Positions 8,765 to 18,747 of a stretch of 64,000 nt of DNA are shown piece by piece. Numbering within the stretch: the first letter of the stretch is position 1; every line of letters starts with the position of its first letter. The translations under genes were made by a program, and so were the position numbers. Location of the stretch: NCBI GenBank assembly GCA_964586395.1, contig CAZPGP010000001.1, positions 1,865 through 65,864 on the forward strand. Direction: 5' to 3'. The notes under the pieces were generated by a model. That model was given only the letters and a program-made list of their open reading frames with translations, was not told where the DNA came from and ran no database searches. This stretch comes from an uncultured Candidatus Saccharibacteria bacterium (lineage in GTDB: Bacteria; Patescibacteriota; Saccharimonadia; Saccharimonadales; EFPC-124).

Positions 8765-10042
8765 ATGCGCATTTATTTTGCTGGTATTGGAGGCGTTGGC
8801 ATTGGTCCGCTTGCAGCAATTGCCCGTGAGGCAGGCTACAGCGTGGCCGGCTACGATCAGGCCGTTAGCCCAATGACCGAGGAGCTGGCCGCTAAGGGCG
8901 TCTCGGTTAGCATTGGCCCTGGTCTTCCTGAAATCACCGCCGCCCACAAAGCCCGGCCCATCGACTGGCTCATCGCAACCGCTGCGATACCGGCCGACCA
9001 CCCAGTCTTGCAATTTGCCCGCGACAACCACATTCGCATCAGCAAGCGCGACGAACTTATCAACCAACTCGTGAAGGACAAGCGCCAACGGCTCATCGCC
9101 GTCTCTGGTACGCACGGCAAAACAACCACGACCGCCATGGTCACTTGGCTGTTCGATCAGTTCGATATTCCGGAAAGCCACTCTATCGGAACGCGTGTGA
9201 GCTTCGCACCGAGCGGCAGCTTTAGCGATGAAGGCCAATGCTTTATCTACGAAGCCGACGAATACGACCGCAACATGCTGCAGTTCCGCCCAGAGATTTC
9301 GCTCCTCACTTCGCTGGACTACGATCATCCGGACGTCTACAAAACCGTCGACGATTACAAGGAAGCTTTCCGCCGGTTCATCTCCCAAAGCAAGCGCGTT
9401 TACGCCTGGCAACGCGACCTAGATTACATTGATGTTAAGTCGACCGAGAAAGTCAGTGCCATCGACGATCTGTTAAGCCAGGAGGAAACCGTTAAGCTAC
9501 CCGGCGCGCACAACCGCCGCAATGCGCTCCTAGCGTGCGCGGTCTTTGACGCATTGTTTCCTGAACTAGGGTTCGAGCAAATTATCGCCGCCATTAATCG
9601 CTTCCCAGGCACGCAGCGTCGCTTCGAGCGCTTAGCCGAAAATCTTTACAGCGACTACGGTCATCACCCTGCCGAGATTAGCGCGACACTGCAAATGGCA
9701 AACGAAGTCAGCAAGCACGTCGTCCTCGTCTATCAACCACATCAAAACATCCGACAGCACGAACTGGCGAGTGAATATCAAGATAGTTTCAAGGGCGCGC
9801 GTCACGTCTACTGGCTGCCAACGTATTTGTCGCGCGAAGATCCACAGCTGCCCATTCTCACACCGAAACAGCTCATCGCCAAACTCGACGACCCGCAGAT
9901 CGCCGAGCCGGCCGAGATGAACGACGAACTAATCGCCGCCATTCATAATGAAATTGCGCATGGCGCGCTTGTACTGATCATGGGCGCTGGCGATGTCGAC
10001 AAGTGGGCCCGCGAGCACCTGGGTGAAATCGTAGATAGATAA
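8765..10042 (+). CDS. murC: UDP-N-acetylmuramate--L-alanine ligase (MurC-like Mur ligase)
   Basis: GIGGVGI, GTHGKTTT, EADEYDR, DYDHPD, GTQRRFE, DYGHHPAEI, QPH, MGAGD. Confidence 0.85.
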   Translation: MRIYFAGIGGVGIGPLAAIAREAGYSVAGYDQAVSPMTEELAAKGVSVSIGPGLPEITAAHKARPIDWLIATAAIPADHPVLQFARDNHIRISKRDELINQLVKDKRQRLIAVSGTHGKTTTTAMVTWLFDQFDIPESHSIGTRVSFAPSGSFSDEGQCFIYEADEYDRNMLQFRPEISLLTSLDYDHPDVYKTVDDYKEAFRRFISQSKRVYAWQRDLDYIDVKSTEKVSAIDDLLSQEETVKLPGAHNRRNALLACAVFDALFPELGFEQIIAAINRFPGTQRRFERLAENLYSDYGHHPAEISATLQMANEVSKHVVLVYQPHQNIRQHELASEYQDSFKGARHVYWLPTYLSREDPQLPILTPKQLIAKLDDPQIAEPAEMNDELIAAIHNEIAHGALVLIMGAGDVDKWAREHLGEIVDR

Positions 10043-10156
10043 GTTCTGAAAAGCAGCCAGGCTCTCCTCAACTTGCCAGAGCATACGACACCGTCAAGTC
10101 ACGAGTTTGTAAAGATCTGATTCCGCAACAGATCAAGCTCTGCTATACTACCTCTT

Positions 10157-10990
10157 ATGTGGAATACGATTATTACTTGGTTTCAGCAGAACTCTATCCC
10201 TATTATTTTGATCCTGCTTGCGACCTATGTGGTTGCGCAATTTGGCGCGAAGCTACTAAAGGTCATCATCCGCCGCACCGTTGGCCGCATCAAAACCGAC
10301 GTAAGCGATGACGACGTCAAGAAGCGTCAGGACACGCTCATCAGCATGTTCAGCACCATGGTCAAGGTATTGGTATGGCTGACAGGCGGCTTCACTATTC
10401 TTCGAAACTACTTTGGCATCGACCTCACGCCGCTGATTGCTGGCGCGAGCGTTTTGGGCGTTGCGCTAGGTTTTGGCGCGCAGTCCATCATAAAGGACTT
10501 GCTGACTGGCCTCTTTATCATCATCGAAAACCAATACCGCGTTGGTGATGTCGTAGATATCGACGGTGCGGCCGGTACGGTCGAGCAGATTACCATCCGG
10601 TCCACTATTATCCGCGACAACGAAGGCAATGTTCACTACCTGCCAAACGGCACCGTGACGCACGTCGTCAACAAAACCATGGGCTATTCCAAGGTTAACT
10701 TTGCGATTGCCGTCGAAGCTGACACGAGCGTCGATACACTCTCTGAAGTCATCAACCAGGTTGGAGAGAAGCTTGCTGGCGAGGCTAAATGGAAGAGCAA
10801 AGTCCTTGAACCACCTCACTTCCTGAATATCAGCAACTTTACCGACAAGACCATCGAGGCGCGCATCATCGGCAAGACTCAACCATCACAGCAGTGGGCC
10901 GTCACCGGCGAGCTGCGCAAGCGCCTACAGTCTGCGCTAGCCAAGCACAACATCAAGGTTGCGGACGCGGATAGCGGTAGTAAGAAGTAG
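10157..10990 (+). CDS. small-conductance mechanosensitive channel (MscS family)
   Basis: GVALGFGAQSIIKD..TG.FII.ENQYRVGDVV.I.G..GTVE.I.IRST.IRD..G..H..PNG. Confidence 0.93.
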   Translation: MWNTIITWFQQNSIPIILILLATYVVAQFGAKLLKVIIRRTVGRIKTDVSDDDVKKRQDTLISMFSTMVKVLVWLTGGFTILRNYFGIDLTPLIAGASVLGVALGFGAQSIIKDLLTGLFIIIENQYRVGDVVDIDGAAGTVEQITIRSTIIRDNEGNVHYLPNGTVTHVVNKTMGYSKVNFAIAVEADTSVDTLSEVINQVGEKLAGEAKWKSKVLEPPHFLNISNFTDKTIEARIIGKTQPSQQWAVTGELRKRLQSALAKHNIKVADADSGSKK

Positions 10991-11068
10991 CCCTCGCCGC
11001 AAACAGCGGCTCAGTCTGCGGGGAACGCAGATGTTGTTCGGTGAAAGGGTGGAGCCTCAGCCCTCTTT
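10989..11068. other. long structured intergenic hairpin between convergent genes
   Basis: Nested pairings CCCT/AGGG, TCGCCG/CGGTGA, AACAGCG/TGTTGTT and TCTGCG/CGCAGA around a GGGAA loop. Confidence 0.45.
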
Positions 11069-11461
11069 CTACTCCGTCGACGAGTTCCCGCCCGTCTGTG
11101 ACTTCAGTTGAATGTCGTTGTCATCCAATGCGCCTTCCTCAAAGCTGCCGTATCCGGCCAGCTCTTTCGCGCGGTCATCATATTCCCTCAAGAAATCCTC
11201 GATTGTTTCGTGAGTAATCGGGCTCGTTGTGTCGTAGGTCTTTTGTGTGTCGCTCGTGCGGACTTCACTGCGCTCTCGCTCGTAGCCTGGACGGCTAAGG
11301 TCGAGCTTGGACGAGCCATCCAGCGTGTACCAAGAAACACTCACGACCGTTAATGCCAACGAAGCCAGAATGGCGCCAGTCAGAGCCAAAGGCAGCTTAG
11401 GACCACGTATGATCTTATGGACAAAACGCTTCATGCGAGCAACGGGTGGCGTAAATGACAT
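11069..11461 (-). CDS. hypothetical single-TM protein
   Basis: ORF coupled to the upstream gene (TAATG overlap); TM followed by LDLSRPGYE. Confidence 0.75.
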   Translation of the reverse strand: MSFTPPVARMKRFVHKIIRGPKLPLALTGAILASLALTVVSVSWYTLDGSSKLDLSRPGYERERSEVRTSDTQKTYDTTSPITHETIEDFLREYDDRAKELAGYGSFEEGALDDNDIQLKSQTGGNSSTE

Positions 11462-11988
11462 TATTTGAGCCCCTCCTCGTACTTCACAATGGCCTCGCGG
11501 TACTTAGTCACCAAACCTTCGATCTTGCTAACCTGTGCGCCGACCGTATTGCGGTCCTCGCGTGATTTTACGATGACGGCATAGTACTCGCTGGGCTTGT
11601 CTTTGCAGTTGATCTTCAGAGCGTTGGCGATGTCAGTGTCGTAGCGGTCATAGCTGCTACGAAAGGCGTTAACCGCGTCCTGGAGCTCGGTGGTGTACTG
11701 GATAAGATCAGGGGAGCTGATCTTGTTGTAGGCAAAGCGGCTATTAAATGCCGAAAGCTGACGCAGCATTTGATCGTACGCGCGGCCACGGTTGATACGC
11801 GATACAGCATCACGTTTCTCGATCTGCTGCAAGGCGAATTGGGAGTTAGAGCAACGGGCACGAATCGTGTCGAGCATTTCCTCGGACAATGGATCTGACT
11901 GCGCAACCACAGCACCAGCCGCGCTAAAGACCAACATAAATACAGCCACAAAGCCAAGGGTAATTCTGCGTAGAGTTCGGTCAATCAT
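11461..11988 (-). CDS. hypothetical secreted helical protein
   Basis: Signal peptide, two Cys, coiled-coil-like composition. Confidence 0.75.
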   Translation of the reverse strand: MIDRTLRRITLGFVAVFMLVFSAAGAVVAQSDPLSEEMLDTIRARCSNSQFALQQIEKRDAVSRINRGRAYDQMLRQLSAFNSRFAYNKISSPDLIQYTTELQDAVNAFRSSYDRYDTDIANALKINCKDKPSEYYAVIVKSREDRNTVGAQVSKIEGLVTKYREAIVKYEEGLK

Positions 11989-11998
11989 CTGTGACCAA

Positions 11999-12823
11999 TT
12001 ATGGCAGCTTGAGGCTCCCTGTCAATCTGATAAGACCAGCTTCTTGCTCTATCAAACCTTCACGGTGCAGGTCGTCGATAACCGACTGCGTACGCTCGTC
12101 CGCTAGTAGATCTACCAGCTCAAAGACGCTTCGGGCGCCGCTGGTCAATTCCCGCAGCACGCGGCCACGAACTTGCCTACGACTGCCTTCAAATTTGCTC
12201 TGCCTGGCATAATGTTTTGACTGCGAGATCTTGCCGCCCGCCGTCTGCTTGAGATGCGTACCGTAGTCCATCAACGCCCAGTACCATTCGCGCGGATGTT
12301 CCACGTCGCACACCTGCTGTAAGATCGGCAAAAGCTCTCGGTCATCCACATCGCTCCTATCGGCAAAGAAATGATGGAACAGAACCGTTCGAATATTCGT
12401 CTCGATAAACACAACTGGCTGGTTGAATGCATATGCCAAAATCGCACCAGCCGTGTTTGGCCCAATACCGGGCAAGCTCACTAACGCCTCGCGACTCTCG
12501 GGGAGTTTCCCACCAAAATCACTCACTACCTTTTGCGCTGCTGCGTGCAGGAACTTTGCGCGGCGGTTATAGCCCAGCCCGCTCCACGTGCTCAATACAT
12601 CAGCTAAAGGTGCGTCTGCTAAGTCTTGAATCGACGTGAATCGAGCCATAAATTCCTGATACTTTGGCAACACTCGACTCACCTGGGTCTGCTGCAGCAT
12701 CAGCTCAGACACAAGCACGTGATACGGCGACGGGTCATCGCGCCAAGGCATGTCGCGTCGGTGCGTGCGGAAATAATCCCACACAACCTCGCGGAAGTCG
12801 GTGATCAACTCATCGCTTGGCAC
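11999..12823 (-). CDS. mutY: A/G-specific adenine glycosylase MutY-like (HhH-GPD) lacking the [4Fe-4S] motif
   Basis: PWR...PY.VLVSELMLQQTQV.RV, WSGLGYNRRA, LPGIGPNTAGAI, ETNIR; no C-x6-C-x2-C-x5-C motif. Confidence 0.85.
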   Translation of the reverse strand: MPSDELITDFREVVWDYFRTHRRDMPWRDDPSPYHVLVSELMLQQTQVSRVLPKYQEFMARFTSIQDLADAPLADVLSTWSGLGYNRRAKFLHAAAQKVVSDFGGKLPESREALVSLPGIGPNTAGAILAYAFNQPVVFIETNIRTVLFHHFFADRSDVDDRELLPILQQVCDVEHPREWYWALMDYGTHLKQTAGGKISQSKHYARQSKFEGSRRQVRGRVLRELTSGARSVFELVDLLADERTQSVIDDLHREGLIEQEAGLIRLTGSLKLP

Positions 12824-13114
12824 TTACAACTCTTCGTTGAGCGCTTTCGCCAGGTCGAGGTCAGCTTGGGTCACGCCGCCAGCGTCAGTATCGATCACCG
12901 TTACCACAACCTCTTCGCTGCGGAGTGTAACTTCAGGATAATGCGTCAGCCGCTCAGCCACACCGCCAATTCGCTCTACCAGGGCGAGGCCCTCGGCAAA
13001 ACCTTTGGTCTCAAACACTCGTATCAGGCCCTCGCCCGGAATGTTTGACCATGCGACATTTAGTTTCTCAACTGCAGCTTCAATTTGTTCGTCAGGTAAG
13101 ATTTGGTCGTTCAT
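12824..13114 (-). CDS. pterin-4-alpha-carbinolamine dehydratase family protein
   Basis: L.R.F....F..GL..V..IG..AE...HYPEV and GGVT..D..LA; start MNDQIL after TGGTACACT-N6. Confidence 0.75.
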   Translation of the reverse strand: MNDQILPDEQIEAAVEKLNVAWSNIPGEGLIRVFETKGFAEGLALVERIGGVAERLTHYPEVTLRSEEVVVTVIDTDAGGVTQADLDLAKALNEEL

Positions 13115-13129
13115 ATCCACAGTGTACCA

Positions 13130-14959
13130 TTAGTAGAATCTAAATCGCTGCAGATCAGTCACGGCGCCTTGCGTGCTAGACGTAGCCGTTACATCGGTAA
13201 TCTTGGCTGGCTTGCCGCCATTCAGTGAGATCGCATAGTCGGCTGTCTCCTGCGCGTTCACGACGCGGTACACGATGACGTCACCGATCCAACTGATTGG
13301 ACCGCCCAGGCCGTCCGCCCCGTATAGTGCGGTTACGGCGCCATTGCTCATGTCCTTCACGAAGAGCGTATACTTGCCGTCTACGCGGTCGATCATTAGA
13401 CGCTTTTCGCCGTCGCCCTCGGCCGTGCCGATATATTGGATGGTGTTGCTGCCACTGGACGGCTGCGAGATGCTCTTGGACTGATCGGTGTTGAGATTGT
13501 ATTCGTGCCAAGCTTGGTCATGCCCAGTCTTGAAGGCGATACGATCAAAGTCGAGCTGCAGATACGTGCCAAAATCGGTCTTCTCGCCCAGCGTCTTCAA
13601 AGCCGCGGCGTTCACGGGCGACACTCGCAGAATCGGACTGGCGAGAGAATCGGGGCCGGTGTTCACGTACTTTTGATACACAACCTTATCGAACGCCACC
13701 GTACCAACACTAATGAAATCGGCAGATTCAAAGTTATAAACACGCTTGCTGTTCGTATCGACACTGCGGAGTGTGGTCGGGTAGCTGTTGGTCGTAGTAG
13801 TGTCGTAGGCGGTAGTCGTGTAGACCAAGGTCCCGGCAGACCAATCGGCGAATCTCACGCTTACACCTTCGTCGACTTTGGTGAGTTGCTTGCTGGCGAG
13901 ATCTACGACGTAAATGCGCTGCAGCATATCTTGCTTGCTGTTGCGGGCGCCGTCACGGCTGGAACTTAACACGCCGTACTTGCCGTCGGGGCTGACCGCG
14001 AATGCCGTCTGGTCAGTCTCTTGGCCGGTTCCTGCCACAATTGGCTGAACTTCAGATCCGTCGAGATTACTACTGTATACCGTCAGAACGCCACTGCGTT
14101 TGCTGACAAAGTAATGCTTGCCGCCAGGGACGACCTTGATTTCAGGCATAGTTTTGACGTTTGGCGTTGCTGTGTCATCGAGTGCGATGTCAAACTTCTG
14201 GTCTACATACTTGCCGCCAAAGTTGGTCGAGACGGTTACTCTAGCATCGTCGGTGCCAGGTATTTTAACAGAGACAAGGCCCTGGTCATCAGGCTTCGCC
14301 ACGACGTCGCCGATAGTAAATTCACCCACGTTCACCGGCTTGCCGCTCAGCGAATCAACAACTTTGAAGGCCACCGGAATACCGATTGCTTTTACGCTCA
14401 GTTCGATCTTGCGCGCTGCGTCATCGGTTTCCTGCCCGCCGAATCGATGCAGGAACGGATCTTGGTCGAGCGTCACGCCGTAGCTGACGTCTTGGTAGCC
14501 AGCTTTCTTGGCGGTCACGGCGATCTTGCCATAGGGCACATCCGGAACAGTCAATTTGCCTTGCGCGTCGGTCTTGTACGATTTGCCGTCGACCGTCACA
14601 GCCACGTTACCCAGGCGCGAGACTTTGGCTTTGCCCTCGCCAGGCGCGATAGTCGTAATAGTCAGCGTGTTGCGAGCGCCAAAGGTATTCACCAACCACC
14701 AGCGAGTCGGCTGCACAAACCACAAAGCCAGGCCGACAACGATCAATGTTGCTACGAACAGCAGCCAAAACTTGCGGCTCCGAAGCAATGCGCCGAGCTT
14801 TTGCTTGAACGTACGCTTGGGCTTGGGGGGCTGGAATGATGACGGCGGCGGGGTATCATCAACCGACGGCGTGAAGTGCACGACGGGTTGATCTTGGCTT
14901 GAATGCCAGGGGCTGTCTGAGTTTAATTCGATACTTTTAGTTTCTTCTTCGGGAGTCAT
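13130..14959 (-). CDS. membrane-anchored protein with Ig/carboxypeptidase-regulatory-like domains and TolB-like beta-propeller
   Basis: Pro-rich N-terminus, single TM, TDAQG...VTAKKAGYQD, then SKRSG...SNLDGS, VSPDGKY and FADWS propeller motifs. Confidence 0.7.
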   Translation of the reverse strand: MTPEEETKSIELNSDSPWHSSQDQPVVHFTPSVDDTPPPSSFQPPKPKRTFKQKLGALLRSRKFWLLFVATLIVVGLALWFVQPTRWWLVNTFGARNTLTITTIAPGEGKAKVSRLGNVAVTVDGKSYKTDAQGKLTVPDVPYGKIAVTAKKAGYQDVSYGVTLDQDPFLHRFGGQETDDAARKIELSVKAIGIPVAFKVVDSLSGKPVNVGEFTIGDVVAKPDDQGLVSVKIPGTDDARVTVSTNFGGKYVDQKFDIALDDTATPNVKTMPEIKVVPGGKHYFVSKRSGVLTVYSSNLDGSEVQPIVAGTGQETDQTAFAVSPDGKYGVLSSSRDGARNSKQDMLQRIYVVDLASKQLTKVDEGVSVRFADWSAGTLVYTTTAYDTTTTNSYPTTLRSVDTNSKRVYNFESADFISVGTVAFDKVVYQKYVNTGPDSLASPILRVSPVNAAALKTLGEKTDFGTYLQLDFDRIAFKTGHDQAWHEYNLNTDQSKSISQPSSGSNTIQYIGTAEGDGEKRLMIDRVDGKYTLFVKDMSNGAVTALYGADGLGGPISWIGDVIVYRVVNAQETADYAISLNGGKPAKITDVTATSSTQGAVTDLQRFRFY

Positions 14960-15006
14960 TGGACTTACCCTTTGTTACTCCCCTAGTATACCGCTAGAAT
15001 GATGGT

Positions 15007-15642
15007 ATGACTAATGCCAGAACTCAACTCCTCCAAACCGCCGCCGACCACCTCTCGGCGAACGACCCGAACCTGAAACCAGTCATCAAGCAATTTGGCC
15101 TCTGCACCGTTGCGCCGCACGACGATTATTACCGCGAGCTTGTGGATTCTATTATCAGCCAGCAGCTGAGCATCAAGGCGTCAGCTACGATCATCAAACG
15201 TTTCGTAGCACTATTTGACGATAAATTCCCAACACCGGCACAGATTCTGCAGCGCGATGTTGAGGAACTCCGCGCCGTCGGGATGTCCCGACCCAAAGCT
15301 AGTTACGTTCTGGACCTGGCGCTGCACATCGAGGAAGGTCGCCTCCACCCAGAGAAGCTTCCGAAGCTCTCAAACGAAGAAGTCATTCGTGAACTGACCG
15401 CTGTTAAAGGCATTGGCGAATGGACCGCACACATGTTCCTCATATTCAGCCTCGGCCGTACCGACGTGCTAGCTACCGGCGATCTCGGCGTGCGCATGGC
15501 TATGAAGAAACTCTACGGTCTACCCGACGCGCCAAAGCCCGACGAAATGCGCGCCATTGCCGATAAATTCAACTGGCACCCGTACGAGTCCATCGCTTGC
15601 TGGTATCTGTGGCAATCGCTTGATAATGCGCTGGCGTTATAG
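15007..15642 (+). CDS. alkA: DNA-3-methyladenine glycosylase II (AlkA family)
   Basis: SIISQQLS.KA, FPTP, LRAVGMSRPKA, LTAVKGIGEWTA.MFLIFSLGR.DV...D, W.PY.S.A.WYLW. Confidence 0.9.
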   Translation: MTNARTQLLQTAADHLSANDPNLKPVIKQFGLCTVAPHDDYYRELVDSIISQQLSIKASATIIKRFVALFDDKFPTPAQILQRDVEELRAVGMSRPKASYVLDLALHIEEGRLHPEKLPKLSNEEVIRELTAVKGIGEWTAHMFLIFSLGRTDVLATGDLGVRMAMKKLYGLPDAPKPDEMRAIADKFNWHPYESIACWYLWQSLDNALAL

Positions 15643-16038
15643 ACTCTTCGCGACTTCGTAGACAAGTTTCTCGAACACGTCATCACTGTCGGACAGATCG
15701 TTAGGGTCGATAAATACCGCCTCGGTCACGCCTTCGCCGAGGGTAAACTTGCTGTCTGGAATTTGAGCTTTGAACACAACCCACATCAGCCAGGCCTCTT
15801 TACGCTCCAGGTAAAACGTCTTTACGCAAAACGGTTCGAGGCCGGATGCATCGGTGATGCCAAGCTCTTCCTTTAACTCTCGCGCCACGCCGGCCAAAGG
15901 CTCTTCGCCATGGTCGAGGCCGCCACCGGGAAGACTCCAAGTGTCTTGATTCTCCTTCACCACCAGAACCTGGCCGTGGTCGTTTGTAATGAGCGCCTTA
16001 ACCGAAACCCGATAGAACGTATTGGGGTACGCGCTCAT
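15637..16038 (-). CDS. NUDIX hydrolase
   Basis: Nudix box WSLPGGGLDHGEEPLAGVARELKEELG. Confidence 0.9.
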   Translation of the reverse strand: MSAYPNTFYRVSVKALITNDHGQVLVVKENQDTWSLPGGGLDHGEEPLAGVARELKEELGITDASGLEPFCVKTFYLERKEAWLMWVVFKAQIPDSKFTLGEGVTEAVFIDPNDLSDSDDVFEKLVYEVAKSL

Positions 16039-16694
16039 CGCTTTACCGCCGAGACGTAATTGATTGGGATGCCTTGCGCCAGGAACTTACGTTCGAAGTA
16101 TGTCGTGATTTTGTAATCCTCCGGCAAGTCGCTTTCATGCAAGTCAAAGCTGAGTTCCTGCAGCGTCCACCCCTCGGCGACTAGCTGTTCGAGGCTCCAC
16201 AGGAATAATTCACGGTTATCGGTCTTAAACCGCAGCACGCCGTGCTTGGCTAGCAGATTCGCGTAAACTTTCAGGAATGATGGATTGGTCAGGCGATGCT
16301 TGGCTTGTTTGTCGCGCGGGAATGGGTCGGGGAAAGTCACCCACAATTGGTCGATGCTCCCCGGCTCGAACAGATCAATCATGCCACGAAGCTGGGCACG
16401 GACAAAGGCGATGTTGTCGAGCTTATCATTCAGCGCAACCTTCGCGCCAGTATACAGACGGTCAGATTTGACGTCGACCGCCACGAAGTTTCGATCTGGA
16501 TGTGCGCGGCCAAGCCCCAGGCTCAAGTCAGCTGTGCCTGCGCCGACTTCGACCGTCAACGGCTGCTTGGCCGGGAAATGTGTGCGCCAGAACTCCGGCG
16601 AAACTGCACTCGCCTGAAAACAGTTTGCCCACTCGTCAAAGTGCGCGAACTTCCATAATTTGCGTTTCCGCGTGATGAATAACTTTTCGCTCAT
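16035..16694 (-). CDS. trmB: tRNA (guanine-N7)-methyltransferase
   Basis: VEVGAG, FPDPFP...KHRLT, FKTD, TTYFERKF. Confidence 0.92.
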   Translation of the reverse strand: MSEKLFITRKRKLWKFAHFDEWANCFQASAVSPEFWRTHFPAKQPLTVEVGAGTADLSLGLGRAHPDRNFVAVDVKSDRLYTGAKVALNDKLDNIAFVRAQLRGMIDLFEPGSIDQLWVTFPDPFPRDKQAKHRLTNPSFLKVYANLLAKHGVLRFKTDNRELFLWSLEQLVAEGWTLQELSFDLHESDLPEDYKITTYFERKFLAQGIPINYVSAVKR

Positions 16695-16700
16695 GGATTT

Positions 16701-17324
16701 CTAAAAACAGGATGCGCCCTGCAGTGCCGCTGCATCGCTGCCGCCACTGCCGTAGGTCTGAGGTGTCTGAATGTTGTTGCTTGGATTGGTTTGGAGGATC
16801 ATGCCCACAGCTTGCGGGTTGGTGCTGCCGTTTACGTCGCTGGTAGCTTGCTCGTTGGTGCACATCTTGCCGCCACTTTGGAGGATATCGTCGGCCGCAG
16901 CAGAACTTTGGCCAGCCTTAGTCCCTTCGGTGCCAGATTGCTGCGCGCTCTGTTGGCGCATAATGGCCGCACCAAAGACGAGCGCAATCGCAATGACAGC
17001 CAGCGCAAACGCGCTCACCAGCATACGACGGCGAGATGGCTGGACGTCCTGCTCAATTGACTCAATAGCCGCGACCTTCTCGGCTTCAGCTTCGACAGCC
17101 TGCTCGGGCGCGACAGATTCACTAGCCTTGGTCGACTTCTTAGTTGTCTTCTTCTTTGCCGCTGGCTTCGTAGCCATCACGACCGGCTCGTTCGAGCCTT
17201 CAGCAATAATCACCGGCTCTTCAGGAGTAACCGGAGCCTTTTTGGTAGTCTGAGATTTCTTTGCGCTCGTCTGCTCTTTCTTGGCGCGCGCACGACGAGA
17301 CGATTTGGTGGATTTCTTTGCCAT
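16701..17324 (-). CDS. hypothetical protein with Lys-rich disordered N-terminus and single TM
   Basis: ORF with leaderless-type promoter TGCTACACT-N6-ATG. Confidence 0.7.
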   Translation of the reverse strand: MAKKSTKSSRRARAKKEQTSAKKSQTTKKAPVTPEEPVIIAEGSNEPVVMATKPAAKKKTTKKSTKASESVAPEQAVEAEAEKVAAIESIEQDVQPSRRRMLVSAFALAVIAIALVFGAAIMRQQSAQQSGTEGTKAGQSSAAADDILQSGGKMCTNEQATSDVNGSTNPQAVGMILQTNPSNNIQTPQTYGSGGSDAAALQGASCF

Positions 17325-17346
17325 ATACCTAGTGTAGCACTGCCGC

Positions 17347-18654
17347 CTACGGCGTCAGGCGGTTGATGTCGCGTGGGAAGAGTGTGGCTTCCTTGACGTT
17401 GCCGAGGCCGATAGTCTTTTGAACCAAGCGGTCGACGCCGAAGCCGCAGCCGCCGTGTTGAGGGAGGCCGTATTTGAAGGCTTGCAGATAATATTTGAAA
17501 CCTTCGTGGGTTACGTCCAGTCCAGCCTTGGTCATCTGTTGGATCATCTTCTCGTAGTTGTTTTCGCGGAGTGGGACGGTGGCGATTTCGAGGCCACGGA
17601 ACAGCAGGTCACCCCAAGCAACAGTGCCGTCGTCCTTGAATTTGTGGTAGAACTTACCGGCTTCGGCTGGGAAGTCGACGGCAAACACGAGGTCGCTGCC
17701 GAGTTGCTTGCGAGCGTGCTCAGAAATCCATCGCTCTTCATCAGGCGTCAGGTCTTTCTCGTTGAGTGTGTTGTTCTTTGTCGCCTTGGTGTACATTTCG
17801 TGGATTTCGGTGATGGTGAAGCGTGGAACTTGGCCTTCAGGCAATTTAAGTTCAGGCGCGTTCAGCGTCTTGAGGTCATCGCGATGCTCTTCGTAGACCT
17901 GCAGCAGCGCATACTGAGTCATGTCGGCGACGGTATCGAGGACTTCGTCGTGGTCTTTTACAAATCCCATCTCGATGTCGAGCATGGTGAGCTCAGTCAG
18001 GTGGCGAGTGGTCGCGCTTGGCTCAGCGCGATAGCTGTGGTTGATCTCGAAAACACGCTCAAAGGCACCCACCATGATCTGCTTGTAGAACTGCGGGCTC
18101 TGCGCCAGCGTTGCGGTCTTGCCGAAATAATCGAGCTTGAAGACTTCTGCACCACCTTCGGTTGCTTCAGCGAGAAGCTTCGGCGTGTCGATCTCAACGA
18201 ATTCGTTCTTGTACAGGAATTCACGCAGATAACGAGTTAGGCTGGCACGAATGCGAAAGATCTTCTGCTCATTCAGGTTGCGAATGTTCAGGACACGGTA
18301 CTCGAATAGTGTGTCGAGGTTCTCGGCTTTGTGCTGAATTGGCTTGTCGATCTCGATAGGCGGCTCGTCGGTGACGGGAACTTCCACGGTGATAGTCACG
18401 TCGTGCAGCTCAGCGCCACCCGGGGCGCGCTCGTCCTCAACAACAGTGCCTTCAAATTTCAGCACGGTACCGATCTGTAGGCCGCGGAGCTTCTCCAGCT
18501 CGTCCTTATTCTCGACCAAAGCCTGAGCAATACCGCTGCGATCGCGGATGGTCAGGAAGTTAAGTCCGCCCAGAAGGCGTTTTTTGTGCAGCCAGCCGTG
18601 AAGCATCACGGTCTGGCCAACTGATGACTTGAGGTCTTTGGTCAGAGTTCTCAT
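17347..18654 (-). CDS. aspS: aspartate--tRNA(Asp/Asn) ligase, short archaeal/non-discriminating type
   Basis: OB-fold (GWLH..R..GGL.FL.IRDRSG), TEGGAEVF, LAQSPQFYKQ, RAEPS.T.RHLTE..MLD.EM, PQHGGCGFGVDR, FPRD; 435 aa without the bacterial GAD insertion. Confidence 0.92.
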   Translation of the reverse strand: MRTLTKDLKSSVGQTVMLHGWLHKKRLLGGLNFLTIRDRSGIAQALVENKDELEKLRGLQIGTVLKFEGTVVEDERAPGGAELHDVTITVEVPVTDEPPIEIDKPIQHKAENLDTLFEYRVLNIRNLNEQKIFRIRASLTRYLREFLYKNEFVEIDTPKLLAEATEGGAEVFKLDYFGKTATLAQSPQFYKQIMVGAFERVFEINHSYRAEPSATTRHLTELTMLDIEMGFVKDHDEVLDTVADMTQYALLQVYEEHRDDLKTLNAPELKLPEGQVPRFTITEIHEMYTKATKNNTLNEKDLTPDEERWISEHARKQLGSDLVFAVDFPAEAGKFYHKFKDDGTVAWGDLLFRGLEIATVPLRENNYEKMIQQMTKAGLDVTHEGFKYYLQAFKYGLPQHGGCGFGVDRLVQKTIGLGNVKEATLFPRDINRLTP

Positions 18655-18747
18655 TGATTAACCTTATAAAAAAATTACTACATCTAGAATAATCTGTTGC
18701 ACCCCAGTTGCGCAAGCAGAAGCATTTCGTTCGTCGGATTAGGTCAA

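Noticed and set aside
10989-11068. SRP (4.5S) RNA candidate
   Set aside because: It lacks the conserved helix-8 CAGG...GGAA...AGCAG internal-loop motif; kept only as an unexplained hairpin.
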